From Dudresnaya verticillata (taxonomy: Eukaryota), in assembly GCA_977862235.1 (NCBI GenBank), contig OZ374563.1, positions 248,001 to 312,000 on the forward strand: a stretch of 64,000 nucleotides of DNA, read 5' to 3'. Every line of letters begins with the position of its first letter. Position 1 is the stretch's first letter. Below the pieces are notes generated by a model. It was given only the letters and a program-made list of their open reading frames with translations. It was not told the DNA's origin and did not search any database. Position numbers and translations under genes: made by a program. Shown piece after piece: positions 38,479 through 50,039 of this stretch.

Positions 38479-38899
38479 TGGCAAGATCGAAAGGTTTTGT
38501 GTGTTTCGAGGCACGTGGAAATGGTTTTATGTCGATAGCGGGATGAGGTGGCCGACAGGCGGCTGGAAGTGGATCAAGGCGCTAATCCGGATTGGAGACA
38601 GCGAGCGACGAACACGAAAGTTTGAAAACTTTTCGACACCGGTTCGAAAAAGTTTCGGGGCGGCCTGCCCCCTTCCCGCCAAGCCAGACCTGAACCATCA
38701 CCAAGCCAGACACCTGACTTTTGCTTCGCATAAGTCGCTCGTGCCGCCCTACACTCTCCCAGTGTCCTGCCAACTCAGTTGCGTGCGCCTGCTGACCTAT
38801 TTTTGAATCCCAACCCGCCCACCGCTATTCATCTATTACCTGCAAGTTCTGTTATAACTTTAGTTCTATTCGTTCTAGTGACTCAGTGGGTTACACCAG

Positions 38900-39860
38900 C
38901 TGGCCTCCGCTACTATGCGGAAAACGCGCTCGTCGCGGACTTGGTAGCCACTGTGCTACCATCCCAACATGGCTACTGGGGTAACCCCTGCCATCACTTG
39001 GCCCAAACCTTCGTAAACTTGTTTACGAGTTCTATCCAAGCCCGCACACTAGTGCGTTCTGGTCAGCGGATGAAAGCGGGGGGACATAAGGTGTCATTAT
39101 TTTAGTGGCAGATGCTGTGCGTATGAAGGTAACTTCCAGTGGTCGTCGCAAAAAAGGGTAGTACAGCATTTCTGTCCCGTGACATGACTTAATATTGTGT
39201 TGGTCGGTTAGCCATCATCAGCATAATTAACAAGTACTGCAGACTTGCATCCTGGGGGCCTCTAACGCGACTTGATTTCTGTTGAGGTCAGGTTGGCTGG
39301 CTAGGAACATGTACAGTATATCGGGCGGTCTGTTAAGTGTTCAACTGACCAGCAGATGGTCTGACGGGCAGTGCTATAGCGGAAGCTCTGGCACAAGAGC
39401 GAGAATTGGAACTGGGCGGCGTGGACGCTCCAGCGAACAGCTGCCCGGCTGGGGCCGTTCAGGGTCTCTCTGCTTTCGGGGCTGTTTTCGGTCAGCTGAG
39501 ATTTAGTAAATACCAATTACTCCTCGCTGTGGTGTTCTGCTTCGTCATCAATGTTTGCCATGCATCATCCTCTTTGAGCAAGTATCGTGGGGCGTCTCGC
39601 ATTTCGAACGGAGAAGAAGGTTCGTTTTCTTCACAAATCACGGATTACGGTGTAAGAAGGTCTTGCTCTACAAATCTATGCGCTCCTATAAGTGCTCTCC
39701 TCGAGAGCCTGGACATGACTTGTCGCGTCTGGCCTGTTCCGTGAGACTTGTACTGGAGCGTTGTCAATTACTGAAGTTGCTACAGTTTTGAATTTCAGGC
39801 CGGCAGCTGGTTGTGACGAATGTACACATTGTGAAATGAACGGCAATCTGCGCATTACGC
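38900..39860 (+). pseudogene. Degenerate aquaporin (MIP family) remnant
   Basis: Ordered fragments resemble MIP segments: ALVADLVATVL (TM1, AxxAEFxAT-like), GSAIAEAL..LGG..ANSCPAG..QG (loop C) and APISA. NPA motifs are not intact and there are many frameshifts. Confidence 0.4.
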
Positions 39861-41379
39861 GTTGTTGGCGACGCTACGAGCGGTTGTAGTGGTAATGCGA
39901 GCAATCCAGGTAGCTTCCTTTACTCGACTTCTAAACCGCATGTAGAGTAAAGTTGACTGTTTTCTAGGCCTCTCGAAAGGGAAGGCAACACACGCAGACA
40001 CACATAGCAGCTAATTGGAGAGGTGCGTGTAATTCTATAAGGCGAGGGGTTCGACACCGAGGGTTTGTGCAGTATCACAGCCAGGTATAGCTGCGTGCAG
40101 CACTAACACACTACGGTAAGGAAGCAGAACGGTGGTGTGTTGGTGGTTGTATATTTTTTGGGTGTGTAGGTTGCTTGTGTAAGTGCAAATTATGGGGTAA
40201 CAATCGGGGTTCACCTGGGGCTGTGTGAAACGAGCAAACGAGGAATCTTCAAGCGGGCGATGCAAACGCAAGTTGAAGAGAAGGCTTAATTACTTAAGTA
40301 GTTTGGGAGCCATGAGGATATCGCGTTGGTATGAGAGATGTGTGCTCAGTTCGCCACATGTATGGAGCACACGCACTTGAGATTGCACTCGATACACTGA
40401 GTCCCTCACAAATCGTAAAGATCAATTGCGTAAGGCCTTGCACCTTTGCGAAGGCTGCGGCCCGAGTTTTGTTTGCTACAACATTATACAATATTATTAC
40501 AGCCGGTGATAGGTAGCTGGAGCGGTGCATCTGTGGTGTAGAAAATATGTTACTCAATGCGATACCACAATATTCCAAGCACCCCGCCACCCTCCTGCGA
40601 CACTCAGCAAGCCCTTACGATACAGTACGTTCAAAAGCAAACTGAGAAGGTCAACGAAAACGCCCACGCGTCAGTCGGGCAGCCGTGCCAAAGGTCCTTC
40701 GCTTCGGCTCGGCAGCGAAAGATGCGCTAACCTGAACCTCATCGGCACACACTGGAGCCATGCGGAGTTCTACTGTGATGAGGCCAACACAAACAATACT
40801 TCCGGGGCTGTGTGCTCGGTATCACTCGCCCACACTGGTCACGATCTGATTGAAAAATATCAAACAGTATCCAGCAGAGAAGCACAGTCTGCGCAGGTAG
40901 TAACGTAGCATGGATCAAGAGCATGTCCTTCTCTCGCGCGGTCCGCGACCACTGGCAGCCGGTAGGCTTGCACCTTGCTAAAGGTAACGACAGGCCCCTG
41001 ACATTTCGGATGTGTCTTCTGTCCCGGACATCGTCACAGATTACAGCAGCAAGAAAAACACCTGACAAGCGCTAATGCTTCCGATCTAAGATAGCCCTTC
41101 CTGAAGTACGCAGTAAATCCAGAATGCTATAGCGGGGATTCCTGAGTCATCAAGGGCCGTCGGAAGTCGCGGGCCTAACCACAAGGGTTCATATTCTCAG
41201 GTTGACGGTCTCGTTTTGCCTCTCTGTGGCCTGCCCCAAGCAACCACTCTAGTACCAATATGTAAAGAATTCTTCGCGAGTGTGGCAGGCTTCCCAGGAA
41301 GCACGTATGTCCGCAAGGGCAGCTAGTCTCTCGCTGCGACCAAAGCCTCCCCAAATGCAGTAGGGATTTCGAGCTGCCG

Positions 41380-41720
41380 ATGTACTCGAATAAAGCCTTA
41401 GCGCATACTTGGTCCTTGGGCACACCCTCGCGACCCTCGTTGAACAGAATGGCTAAGTGGCCCATAGCTAGTAAATTGTCGGCCTCCATTGCAGTCTCGA
41501 ATGGTACCTTGGCTCGCGGGAAGTCTGCGATGATTCCATCGCCGCCATCCTCTGCGAGCAACGCACCCAAATTGGCCATCGCCTCGACATTACTTCCATC
41601 TATTGCGCGTTTGTACATCGACTTAATAAGTACGAGATCCACTTCTTGAGAGTATTGCCATTAAAGAAGGTGCAAATCTATAGCGCGACGACACAAGGCG
41701 GCGGGGTCCGAGTCATGGGG
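41380..41720 (-). pseudogene. Sel1-like repeat protein fragment
   Basis: YKRAIDGSNVEAMANLGALLAEDGGDG..DFPRAK..FE.A and LAMGHLAILFNEGREGVPKD..AKALFE are Sel1 repeats. The fragment is truncated and disrupted. Confidence 0.75.
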
Positions 41721-42345
41721 CGAGGGGCGTGACAACTGAATTTTAGGGACGAAGGAAATCTTTTCGATAGGCACTGCGGAAGTGGTGAGACAAAGACAAA
41801 AGCGGACTGAGTTTGTCGTTCTGGGTGCCGACGGTAACGAAGAAACTTGACGGACTAGCTGCGTGAGTGAGGGTTTCAAGCCCAACAGGAATTGTTGTGG
41901 ATTATTGTTTGTAAAGTGCTTAGGCCCTGATCTTTGCTAAGCCCCCTTATGGGGCTACTAGCATCTCGCTGAATAAAGTACATCTCTCTCTCGTGGATTT
42001 TTGCGTCTTCTCTCTGCAGAGCCCGCAAAAGTCGTTTGCACGGGTGTCAGCGAGGCTTTTTCGTCTTTGTCCAGGTGCAGCGTTGTGGGCGAGGAGCATC
42101 CGGAAGTCCTCATCAGAGGATTGGTTTGTTGTTAACTTTCATAGAAATAGCCCGCAGCTAAAAGTCGGCCAGCTGCTGGTAGAAATGATTTTTTTAATAA
42201 AATAAATACACCATGAAACCAAACAGGCACACTTCACCTTTCTTCTGAGAACAGCCGCTCGCAACCGAATCGCCTCCCATCCTCGCACCTCACCGCCTCG
42301 CCCGATCTCCTTCCCCGAAGCTGCCGCGTGCACACCGCTACGTTC

Positions 42346-42809
42346 ATGACGCACATCGCCGCGCTCGCGCGTCGCTTGTTCCGCCCGCTTGCGCCGAACC
42401 TTACCGGTGCAGCGCGGCCGTTGTGCACGGCAGGATCAAGCCGTCCCACACACACGATCGACGACGTCAACAGCCTATTCGCCGAAGCCCGCCTGTGCCT
42501 GCAAGAGTAAGCCCGCGCCGTCCGCGCTCGTCCGCTCTTCCGCTGCATCTCATCCCGCGCGATCTAACCTTCCTGCCCACCACCGCCCCACCCCGTAGCG
42601 CCGTTGAGTCGAAAGGCACCGTTTACTTCGAGGACGACTTCAAGGACGCTCAGCTTGCCACCGAAGAAACCCTCTCCGCCTTTGACGCTCTGGTCGATGC
42701 GAGCAAGCCGGATGTCCGCCGCTCGCTGTTAGAGGCGAACCGTCCGAAAATGGCCCAGCTGGCTGAGGAATTCCGCCAGTTGGAGCAAGAACTCATCCAC
42801 GACGACTAG
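42346..42809 (+). CDS. Small mitochondrion-targeted protein similar to plant 'embryogenesis-like' proteins; 2 exons (42346-42506, 42599-42809)
   Basis: Arg-rich presequence. The GT-AG intron at 42507-42598 has a CTAAC branch point and joins DDVNSLFAEARLCLQD-AVESKGTVYFEDD. Confidence 0.8.
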
Positions 42810-42814
42810 AGCCC

Positions 42815-43522
42815 ATGGACTCGGTTGCGGAGTACGATTCTTCGCCGGAGCGCGTCCCGCGACGCCCACCACCTCCGGATGAACTGGCTGGACAGTCTGT
42901 GCCGAGGAAACGTCGTAGGGTTGTCGAACTTCCCGCCATTGTGCCGATCAAGAGGTCCGAGGAGAGCTTCTTGGTGCATGTGCGACTGCCAATACAGCAC
43001 CCGCAATTGAAGGCCTTTGTCAACAACCTTGTGGGGTTGGCGAGGCTGGGACTGGTTGGAGGTGATGTCAAGGCAGCGTTTGCGGAGCTCTCGGACTTGC
43101 ATGTCAGCGTGGCGCGGCCCGGTAAGGTCCGTGCTGAGCAGATTGGCGTGCTGGTCAGTGATCTCAGCAAGGAGCTTGCATGTTGCGAGAAACTGAAGGT
43201 ATTCCTTCGCAAGCGTGTCACTGCTTTTGCGGCTAGCAGCGGACGGCGTGTGTTTGTCGCTGCCCCGCTTACGACTGAATCAGCTTCCGTCGTGGTGCAG
43301 AAGGTCATCAATGCTGTTGACAAGGTTTTTAAGCGCCACGGATTGCCGGTGTTTTTCGAGGAGCCCAAGCCGCACATGTCGTTTGCGTCGACGGAAACAT
43401 TAGACATTCTCGGAAAGTATCCCGCAGGTGAAGCAGTTTTGAATGAGGATCTTCTAGAGATCCTTGTGGACAAAGTCGTCTGTTCAGTCGGGAAGTCTTA
43501 TTACTATTTTACACTGAGGTAA
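42815..43522 (+). CDS. USB1: U6 snRNA phosphodiesterase (2H phosphoesterase, HVSL family)
   Basis: Two HxS motifs (DLHVSVAR, KPHMSFA) and an N-terminal VAEYDSS resembling the conserved LVxYSSS start. Confidence 0.85.
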   Translation: MDSVAEYDSSPERVPRRPPPPDELAGQSVPRKRRRVVELPAIVPIKRSEESFLVHVRLPIQHPQLKAFVNNLVGLARLGLVGGDVKAAFAELSDLHVSVARPGKVRAEQIGVLVSDLSKELACCEKLKVFLRKRVTAFAASSGRRVFVAAPLTTESASVVVQKVINAVDKVFKRHGLPVFFEEPKPHMSFASTETLDILGKYPAGEAVLNEDLLEILVDKVVCSVGKSYYYFTLR

Positions 43523-43575
43523 AGGGTCATGACCGGCTTGTAGCGAAAACAGCGGCTGACACGGCAATACCTCTG

Positions 43576-46314
43576 TTAGTCATGTACAAGAAGAGGCTCG
43601 TCCGGTTCCGTTGCTATCCACGCGCGCAGCAATTCCGCTACTGACCATGCCTGTGCAATGCAGCCTCGAGCTCGATTTGGAGGATCTCCGTCGAATAGCT
43701 CGCTTACTTGGCCTAATCCACCATCGTTTAGATGCGATCGCAGAATGGGAAGTAGGAAGTCGCGGGACATTTCTGAGTTCCCGAAAACTCGGAGATGGGC
43801 TAGAATGAACGGCCCCAGAAGCCACGCCCATCCCACACCTTGATGATATGCGCTGTCTCTTGAGAATATGTCACCTTTGTACACGCCGTGGTACTTAGGA
43901 TCGTCCGGGGAAAGCGTGCGAATTGCGTTAGAAGTTAGCAGATGAACGGAGCACGCCTCCACCACCTGGAATCTTTGTTCGGATGTGAGCGGGCTCCAGT
44001 TCAAGGACGCAGCAATAAGCTGATTTGGCCGCAGCGAGGCATCTTTGCTGGTTCTCGAAGGACCACCGTCAATTACGTCGTAACAGAATTCAGTTTCTTC
44101 ATTCCAGAACCGTTCTTGGAAGGACCTCTCAGTCTTATCTGCCATTGCAGTGTACTGGTCTGACTCCTCCTCATGTTCCAGTTCTCCTGCAAAGAATGCC
44201 ATGCAGTGCAAGGCGTTAAACCAAAGAGCTGCAAGCTCGACCGCCTTACCATCCCGAGGAGTATATACAACGTCCGTTTTCGCGTCCATCCATGTTAGCG
44301 CGAGGCCTTCGGCTCCTGCTCGCAACAAGCCATCGCTATCCTGCTTGATTCCAAACCTTGTCCCTGAGCAGTGGAAGGCGATTATCCCATGTAACACGGG
44401 GTATAGCTCGAGAAGCAACTCCAAATCACCTGTTGCCATATAATATGATCGAATCGCTTCGAAGTACCAAAGCTGAAATGTCATAACAACGGCCACATGA
44501 GTCTCATTGGAAGAGTTAGAGAAGCGCCTACCGGTCGATCGGCCTGTGGAAGACAGCGCAAAGAAGAGCAATATGAGATGATAAACGTACAGTGCCATCG
44601 GCATTGTTATAGTCGTCTTCAGTTGGTGCAGACCCGTCGTCTGGGAATCGATTCGGGAGCATCCCCTTGCTTACTGTACATGTTCAGATCGCAGCAGAAC
44701 GTTCCGACGAAAAACAAATGGTTAGTTACCAGACATTTGCAACAAACATACTCTAACCGCATTGGCACTCGACTTGTCTTTCCCCAAACTGGGGCCCAAC
44801 TCGCACGTGCTGCACTTACCGTACTTGGAGAAGGTCTGCAGTATTGACCTTGCCACATCGTACCTGCCTGTAACGATGGTCAACCCTGGTAAGGATATCA
44901 TTGTCTGTACGCAGGAATTAGCGACGGGGGATAACAAAATGCCCATGCTCTCGAAGGTGAGTATCTTGCAAGATCGCGCACAAGGCGTACGAGAAACAGC
45001 TCCGCACAACTCTTCTCAAATACGTACATCACGTGCCCAGTCTGTGAACCAGTGAAAGCCCGCCACAACAGACCGGCCTCCGCCTCGGGAGATGATAAAC
45101 TGGTCGGCAGCCAAGACAAGTTGCTTAATGCATGGCTCTACACTCGCTCGTTTCATTCTCTGCTTCGAAAGCGGTGATACGTCCGGGTGGACGCCATTCC
45201 CGTTAGTCCACGGCGTCTCCCCTGGACTCGCTGCGACCCCCAGCCGACGCTGCAGTGCGACGTTCCTTGCCGTCTCAAAGCGCTGTAACAATGACTTTTC
45301 ATAGGCGTGCTGCATTGCCAGCTCGGCCTCGCCATCCATGCTGAGCATCCTCAGCGCGTGCGGCTCTGCGCTTGCCATAAACGTCACCTGGCCACCCGGC
45401 GGGAGTTCTACAGTAAATGTCGCCACATGCAAGTTGTCATCCACGTCTGGTAGCCCACGCGCGCGCTCCTCGCTGAGTACGAAGCCATTGACCCACTCGT
45501 TAGTTAAATCAGCCCTTCCGCGCGAGACGCGCATCACCAGCGTGGTCTCCTGGCGCTCGGGAGTGGCGAAGAGCACGGAGACAGAAGAGCCGCAGCGGCC
45601 AACATTGGCAGAGTAGGCGAAGTGCGGGCGGGCGGCAGAAGTGCGAGCGTGGTGATTGCGGTGGTTGACGAGGGCCTCGAACGTAAGTTCGACCGCGTGG
45701 ACGGCGCGACGCAGGTGGTACGTGACATATACAGTGTTCTGGCCATGCTTCATCCACATGCGTTTCTCCAACACGGCGTCTGCGAAAGCGTACTCGAAGA
45801 CAGGGACTGTGCCCTCCAGGCGGAAGGCCTGCAGCAGCTCAAAGCCTTGCGGGGAGACGACTTCATCCGCGCGCACGTCGGGCGGCGGGGCACGGCCATG
45901 GCGTGGGCGCCAGACAGATTTTGGTGCGGGTGAGGCTGGGGCGCGGTCTGAGGTAGTAGTGGCTGCGGTAGGTGGCGGGGTGCAGGCGGCGGAATCGCGA
46001 CGGCGGTCCGTGGAGAGGTGGTAAACACGGCCGAGGTAGTGCGCGGCGTCGTTGAGCTTGGCGAGGAGCAGGGTGCGGTCCAGCGGCGGGCGAAGCGCGG
46101 CGACGAGCAGGCCGTGGTACGAGCGGGTGAGCGAGCCGGCTAGGGTGAGCGAGGCGTAGCCGCCGATGCCGTTGGTGAGCAGGACCTCGCGCGACTCGGC
46201 CAGGGACAGCTCGCCGAGGACCTCGCGGCCGGCGTACACGACGTCCTGTGGGAGCTCGCTGGACGCCTTGGACGCGTCCGCAGGCCGCGCGACGCGCGAG
46301 GCGCGCAGGTGCAT
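43576..46314 (-). CDS. Prokaryote-type glycogen debranching enzyme / amylo-alpha-1,6-glucosidase (GDE_N + GDE_C); 4 exons
   Basis: Motifs LLTNGIGGYAS, TRSYHGLL, AGFHWFTDWARD|TMISLPGL, GMLPNRFPD, YNNADGT|LWYF, LTWMDAK, SLRPNQL, AYHQG and AQAWSVAE. GT-AG introns at 44905-45027, 44674-44819 and 44473-44590 restore the frame. Confidence 0.93.
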
Positions 46315-46345
46315 GTTGCGCGCGACGGGGATGGTCGGGCGGGGC

Positions 46346-46372
46346 GGGGGGGGGGGGGGGGGGGGGGGGGGG
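46346..46372. repeat. Poly-G tract (27 nt; poly-C in the debranching-enzyme leader)
   Basis: Uninterrupted G run ~30 nt upstream of the minus-strand ATG. Confidence 0.9.
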
Positions 46373-46566
46373 CGTGCGGGGGGGGCCTTGGTGCGCGTGG
46401 AGAAGATTGCTATTTCGGTTTATTTGAGCCGTTTGGATGCGCCGGAGAGCTTAGACCGCCGCTGCGCGAGCAGCGTGAACTAACGCGTGCGGAGGTCCTC
46501 CCCCGCCGCGAAATTGTGCTTTGCTTTGTTAGCGCAGTGCGGCCGTCACGCGTCGGCGCACCGGCA

Positions 46567-47244
46567 TCATGCGATCTTCTTCCGCTTAAAAAAGGACTTC
46601 AGCGACAGGAAGTTGAGCACGCCTGTGCCGATAGTGAAGACGCAGGCCACCAGACTAATCCTGAAAATGGTGGTGGCCGTGCGCTCATTGACCTCGCTCA
46701 GGACCTGCTCCTTGGCCCTCAGCTCATCCATCTTCTCAATCAGTCCATCAACGTCATTCGAAACGCTCAAAAAGCTCGAGTAGACTTTATCGACGTGGTC
46801 CTGCTTGGCGAGGCGCCCGACGGTGGCGCTCTCCCGTTCGAAAACGGGTTCGACTCTGAGCGTGACGCGGCGCACGACCGCGGTGGAGCCGCCAGCGTGC
46901 GGGTGGACCTGATTGACGATGCAGAAGCGGTAGTTTTCGCGCTGATGCGGGCTGCCTGCGGCCGTGCGGAACGAGAACTTGACCGTGTCGACGTCCGACT
47001 TGTGGAAGTGGACGACGCCGCGCGAGTCCGACACAAACAGGTCCAGCGTCATCTCGCCATGTCCGCTGGACACGTGCACCGTGCCGCGCGTGGTGGTCGA
47101 CGGCGGCAAGTCCTCCGAGAAGCACTTGCGCTGGCCGTACGGAAGCTCAAACGTTAGCGAGCTGCCAGACGCCGCGTCTAGAGCCGCGGCGAGCCCGGCG
47201 AGCAAGACGAGCAGGCCGAGGCAGAGCACGGCGTTGGAACACAT
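46567..47244 (-). CDS. p24/emp24/gp25L cargo receptor (p24-delta/TMED10-like)
   Basis: Signal peptide, GOLD domain (RKCFSEDL, YRFC), coiled coil, TM helix and C-terminal FFKRKKIA dilysine motif. ATG at 47244. Confidence 0.92.
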   Translation of the reverse strand: MCSNAVLCLGLLVLLAGLAAALDAASGSSLTFELPYGQRKCFSEDLPPSTTTRGTVHVSSGHGEMTLDLFVSDSRGVVHFHKSDVDTVKFSFRTAAGSPHQRENYRFCIVNQVHPHAGGSTAVVRRVTLRVEPVFERESATVGRLAKQDHVDKVYSSFLSVSNDVDGLIEKMDELRAKEQVLSEVNERTATTIFRISLVACVFTIGTGVLNFLSLKSFFKRKKIA

Positions 47245-47622
47245 CGGGCCCGTCGTCGTTCCAGTCGGTAGCGGTGTCGAGATGGAGGTGGGGGTGGCGG
47301 CGATTGAAGCGGCGTCAATCGACGGGGACGAAGGTGTTGGAAGGTGATGCGGCCGTCGCGACGACAGAGAGGGTGCTCCGCGTGGATTGACTGCCAGACC
47401 GAAAATCTGGGGCAAAACTCGTGGCCGCACCAACCGAGTCACCAGCGCGGCGCCAATGTCACAACGCCATCTGCTGCCGCGCAATTCCGCCGTGCCGCGT
47501 CACCGCGTCCTGCCGCCAGCGCCCCACCACGTCTGGGGGTCCACACGCGGACTCGGCACCGCACCCCGTCGTACATACCACCCGACGAGCGGCACCACGC
47601 CACATCCGCTGCTTCCCTTACG

Positions 47623-47744
47623 ATGCCCACTGGCTCGGACAAGAAGCGTAAGGCCGAACCAGTCGCCGTCGAGCTCGACACGGCGTCGGCCCTGTCCAAC
47701 CCGCCGGCCCTGCCTCCGGCCCCGCCCGCCGCCGCCGCGCCGCC

Positions 47745-47788
<44 letters not shown>

Positions 47789-49248
47789 CCGCGTCCTGCA
47801 AGGCCAGGCCGAAGCGCGCCCGCGGAAAGGCAGAGAAGAAAGATGAGACGGAGAACACGTCGCGGTTTCACTGTGATTTCTGCGGCCGCGACCTCTCCTT
47901 CGCCATCCGCGCGCGCTGCGCTGTCTGTCCGGACTACGACTCATGTCTCGACTGCTTCTCAGTGGGCGCCGCACTCAATCCGCACAAGCCCGAGCATTCG
48001 TACCGCTTGATTGAAGTCGTCCATACCCCTATCTTTCAGACTGGCTGGAGCGCCGACGAGGAGGATAAGCTGTTAGAGGGGCTCGAGTTGTATGGCGTTG
48101 GCAACTGGGAGCAGGTTGCTAAGCTCATCGGCTCGAAAAACCCGCTTGAGACAGAGCAGCATTTTATGAAGGTCTTTTTGCAGTCGACTAATGCCCCCTT
48201 GCCGGATCCCACAAAGATGGTCCCAGTGGAGAAGGTGCCTATCTCGGAGAAGTATGATGAGTTTGACCCCAAGGCCCTGCGGGTTATGCATATGCACCAG
48301 CAGGAGGATGCTGCGGGTTGGATGGAGAAGCGTCAGGACTTTGTGTATGAATGGGACAACGAGGCGGAGGACATCATTGGCGATATGGAGGTTACTGAGG
48401 ACGATTCGAAAGCGGAGAAGGACCTCAAGGCCCACGTCCTCGAGATTTACGCGCAAAAGCTCAATGAGCGTTCGAGGCGCAAGGAGTTTGTGCTGGAACG
48501 GGGGCTCACAAGTTTCAAGACGTATCAGGCGGCGGAGAAGAAGCGCTTGAAAGAAGACAAGGAACTGCGAGACAAGCTCCGTGTGTTTATGAGGTTTGTA
48601 CCACAGGCGGACATGGACAAGTTCATTAAGGGCATTCTGGAAGAGCGGCAGCTACGAGCCAAGATTGACTTGTATCGCGAGGGACGCGCGCTGGGTGCCA
48701 GGACAGTAGATGAATGCAATCGGCTGACGTCCAGCGCGAAGAACAAGAATCGAAGCGCAAACGTGGCGGCAGACGCTTCGACGGGCGGCGGTGGGACCAC
48801 GTCGGCACAACGGCGACAGCGGCGCACAAACGGAGAGGGCAGCGTTGCCGACAGCGTTGGTAGTGGTGCCCACAACATCAACGGGACGCAGGCCACGAGT
48901 AGCGTGGACTCCAAAGACCGGAGAAGCGCAGTCCTCGGCGAGGTCGACCTGGAGTTCATGCCGGGGGCAGAGCTTTTGTCGAGAACAGAGTTGTCTCTTT
49001 GTACAGCCCTCAAGATAACCCCGCATCAGTATCTCATCATCAAAGACGTAATGGTCCGGGAGAGTGCCAGGAACGGTTGCCTTCGCAAAAAAGATGCAAA
49101 GGCCATTGTCCGTCTAGACCCGACCAAGGTTTTCAAGATATATGACTACCTCTTGGCGTGTGGTTGGATCAAATCTTGTAACAATGCCGCCAATGCGTCC
49201 AGAAATGCAGCAGCAAGCGCCTCCATACCGAATGGGACCAAAGTATGA
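47623..49248 (+). CDS. ADA2: Transcriptional adapter 2 (SAGA/ADA complex)
   Basis: ZZ zinc finger (FHCDFC..RCAVCPDYDSCLDCF), SANT (WSADEEDKLLEGLELYGVGNW), EWDNEAE and a C-terminal SWIRM domain. Confidence 0.95.
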
Positions 49249-50039
49249 ACACAACTCACAACTTGCTCGACTGCCCAAACAGCACGAAGCGTAGGGAACA
49301 ACCGAGTTGGTCAACTGAAGCACAAGGGGACATTCACTGACCCAGAGAGGAGGTCGTGGTCGTCCTTGCGCCCCAGGTGGCCTTCCTATCTGGACTGGTG
49401 TTTGTTCCTCTTCAGACAGGTATCAAACTTGGATACAACAATCGAAACTTTGCGCTTATCATCGATTTAATATCATCACAGAGAAAGAAAGACAACAACT
49501 TGCACTCATCAGACATTGGAAATCAACCTTGACATCCATCTGCCCTTCTAGTACACGGTCCTCATCTTTGCATTCCCATCACTTCACAATAAATTGATCG
49601 GATGCAACAGGCACCATCCATGGCCAAACTTAATACTGATGAACAATGTGTTGACGCCTCATTCCGGCAGTATGGAAGAAAATGGCACGTTGAGACCAAA
49701 GCCCCCGACGCGGCGAGCCCGCTTTTTCGACTACGCAAGGCTCTAACTGCTAAAACTGCTGAACTCCAGCTCGAAGCACAGAACAAATGACAACGCTATT
49801 TCCTTGTGGCGGCAACGCAAGATCGACGGTAACACTTCGCGCAAACGCAACATTTTCATCCCGCATGATCGCCCGAACGCATTGTCACTCGTCGCACGTG
49901 AAGCCCCCCCTGCGATATCGCAAAAGAAATATACGAAAGAAGAGAGCATGTCTTGAAGGAGGCAAGCGTCCCCGGCATCGTCGCGGCGAGAAAGCAAACG
50001 TTCAATACCTTTCTTCCTTCGTTCGCGGCGCGATCCTCA

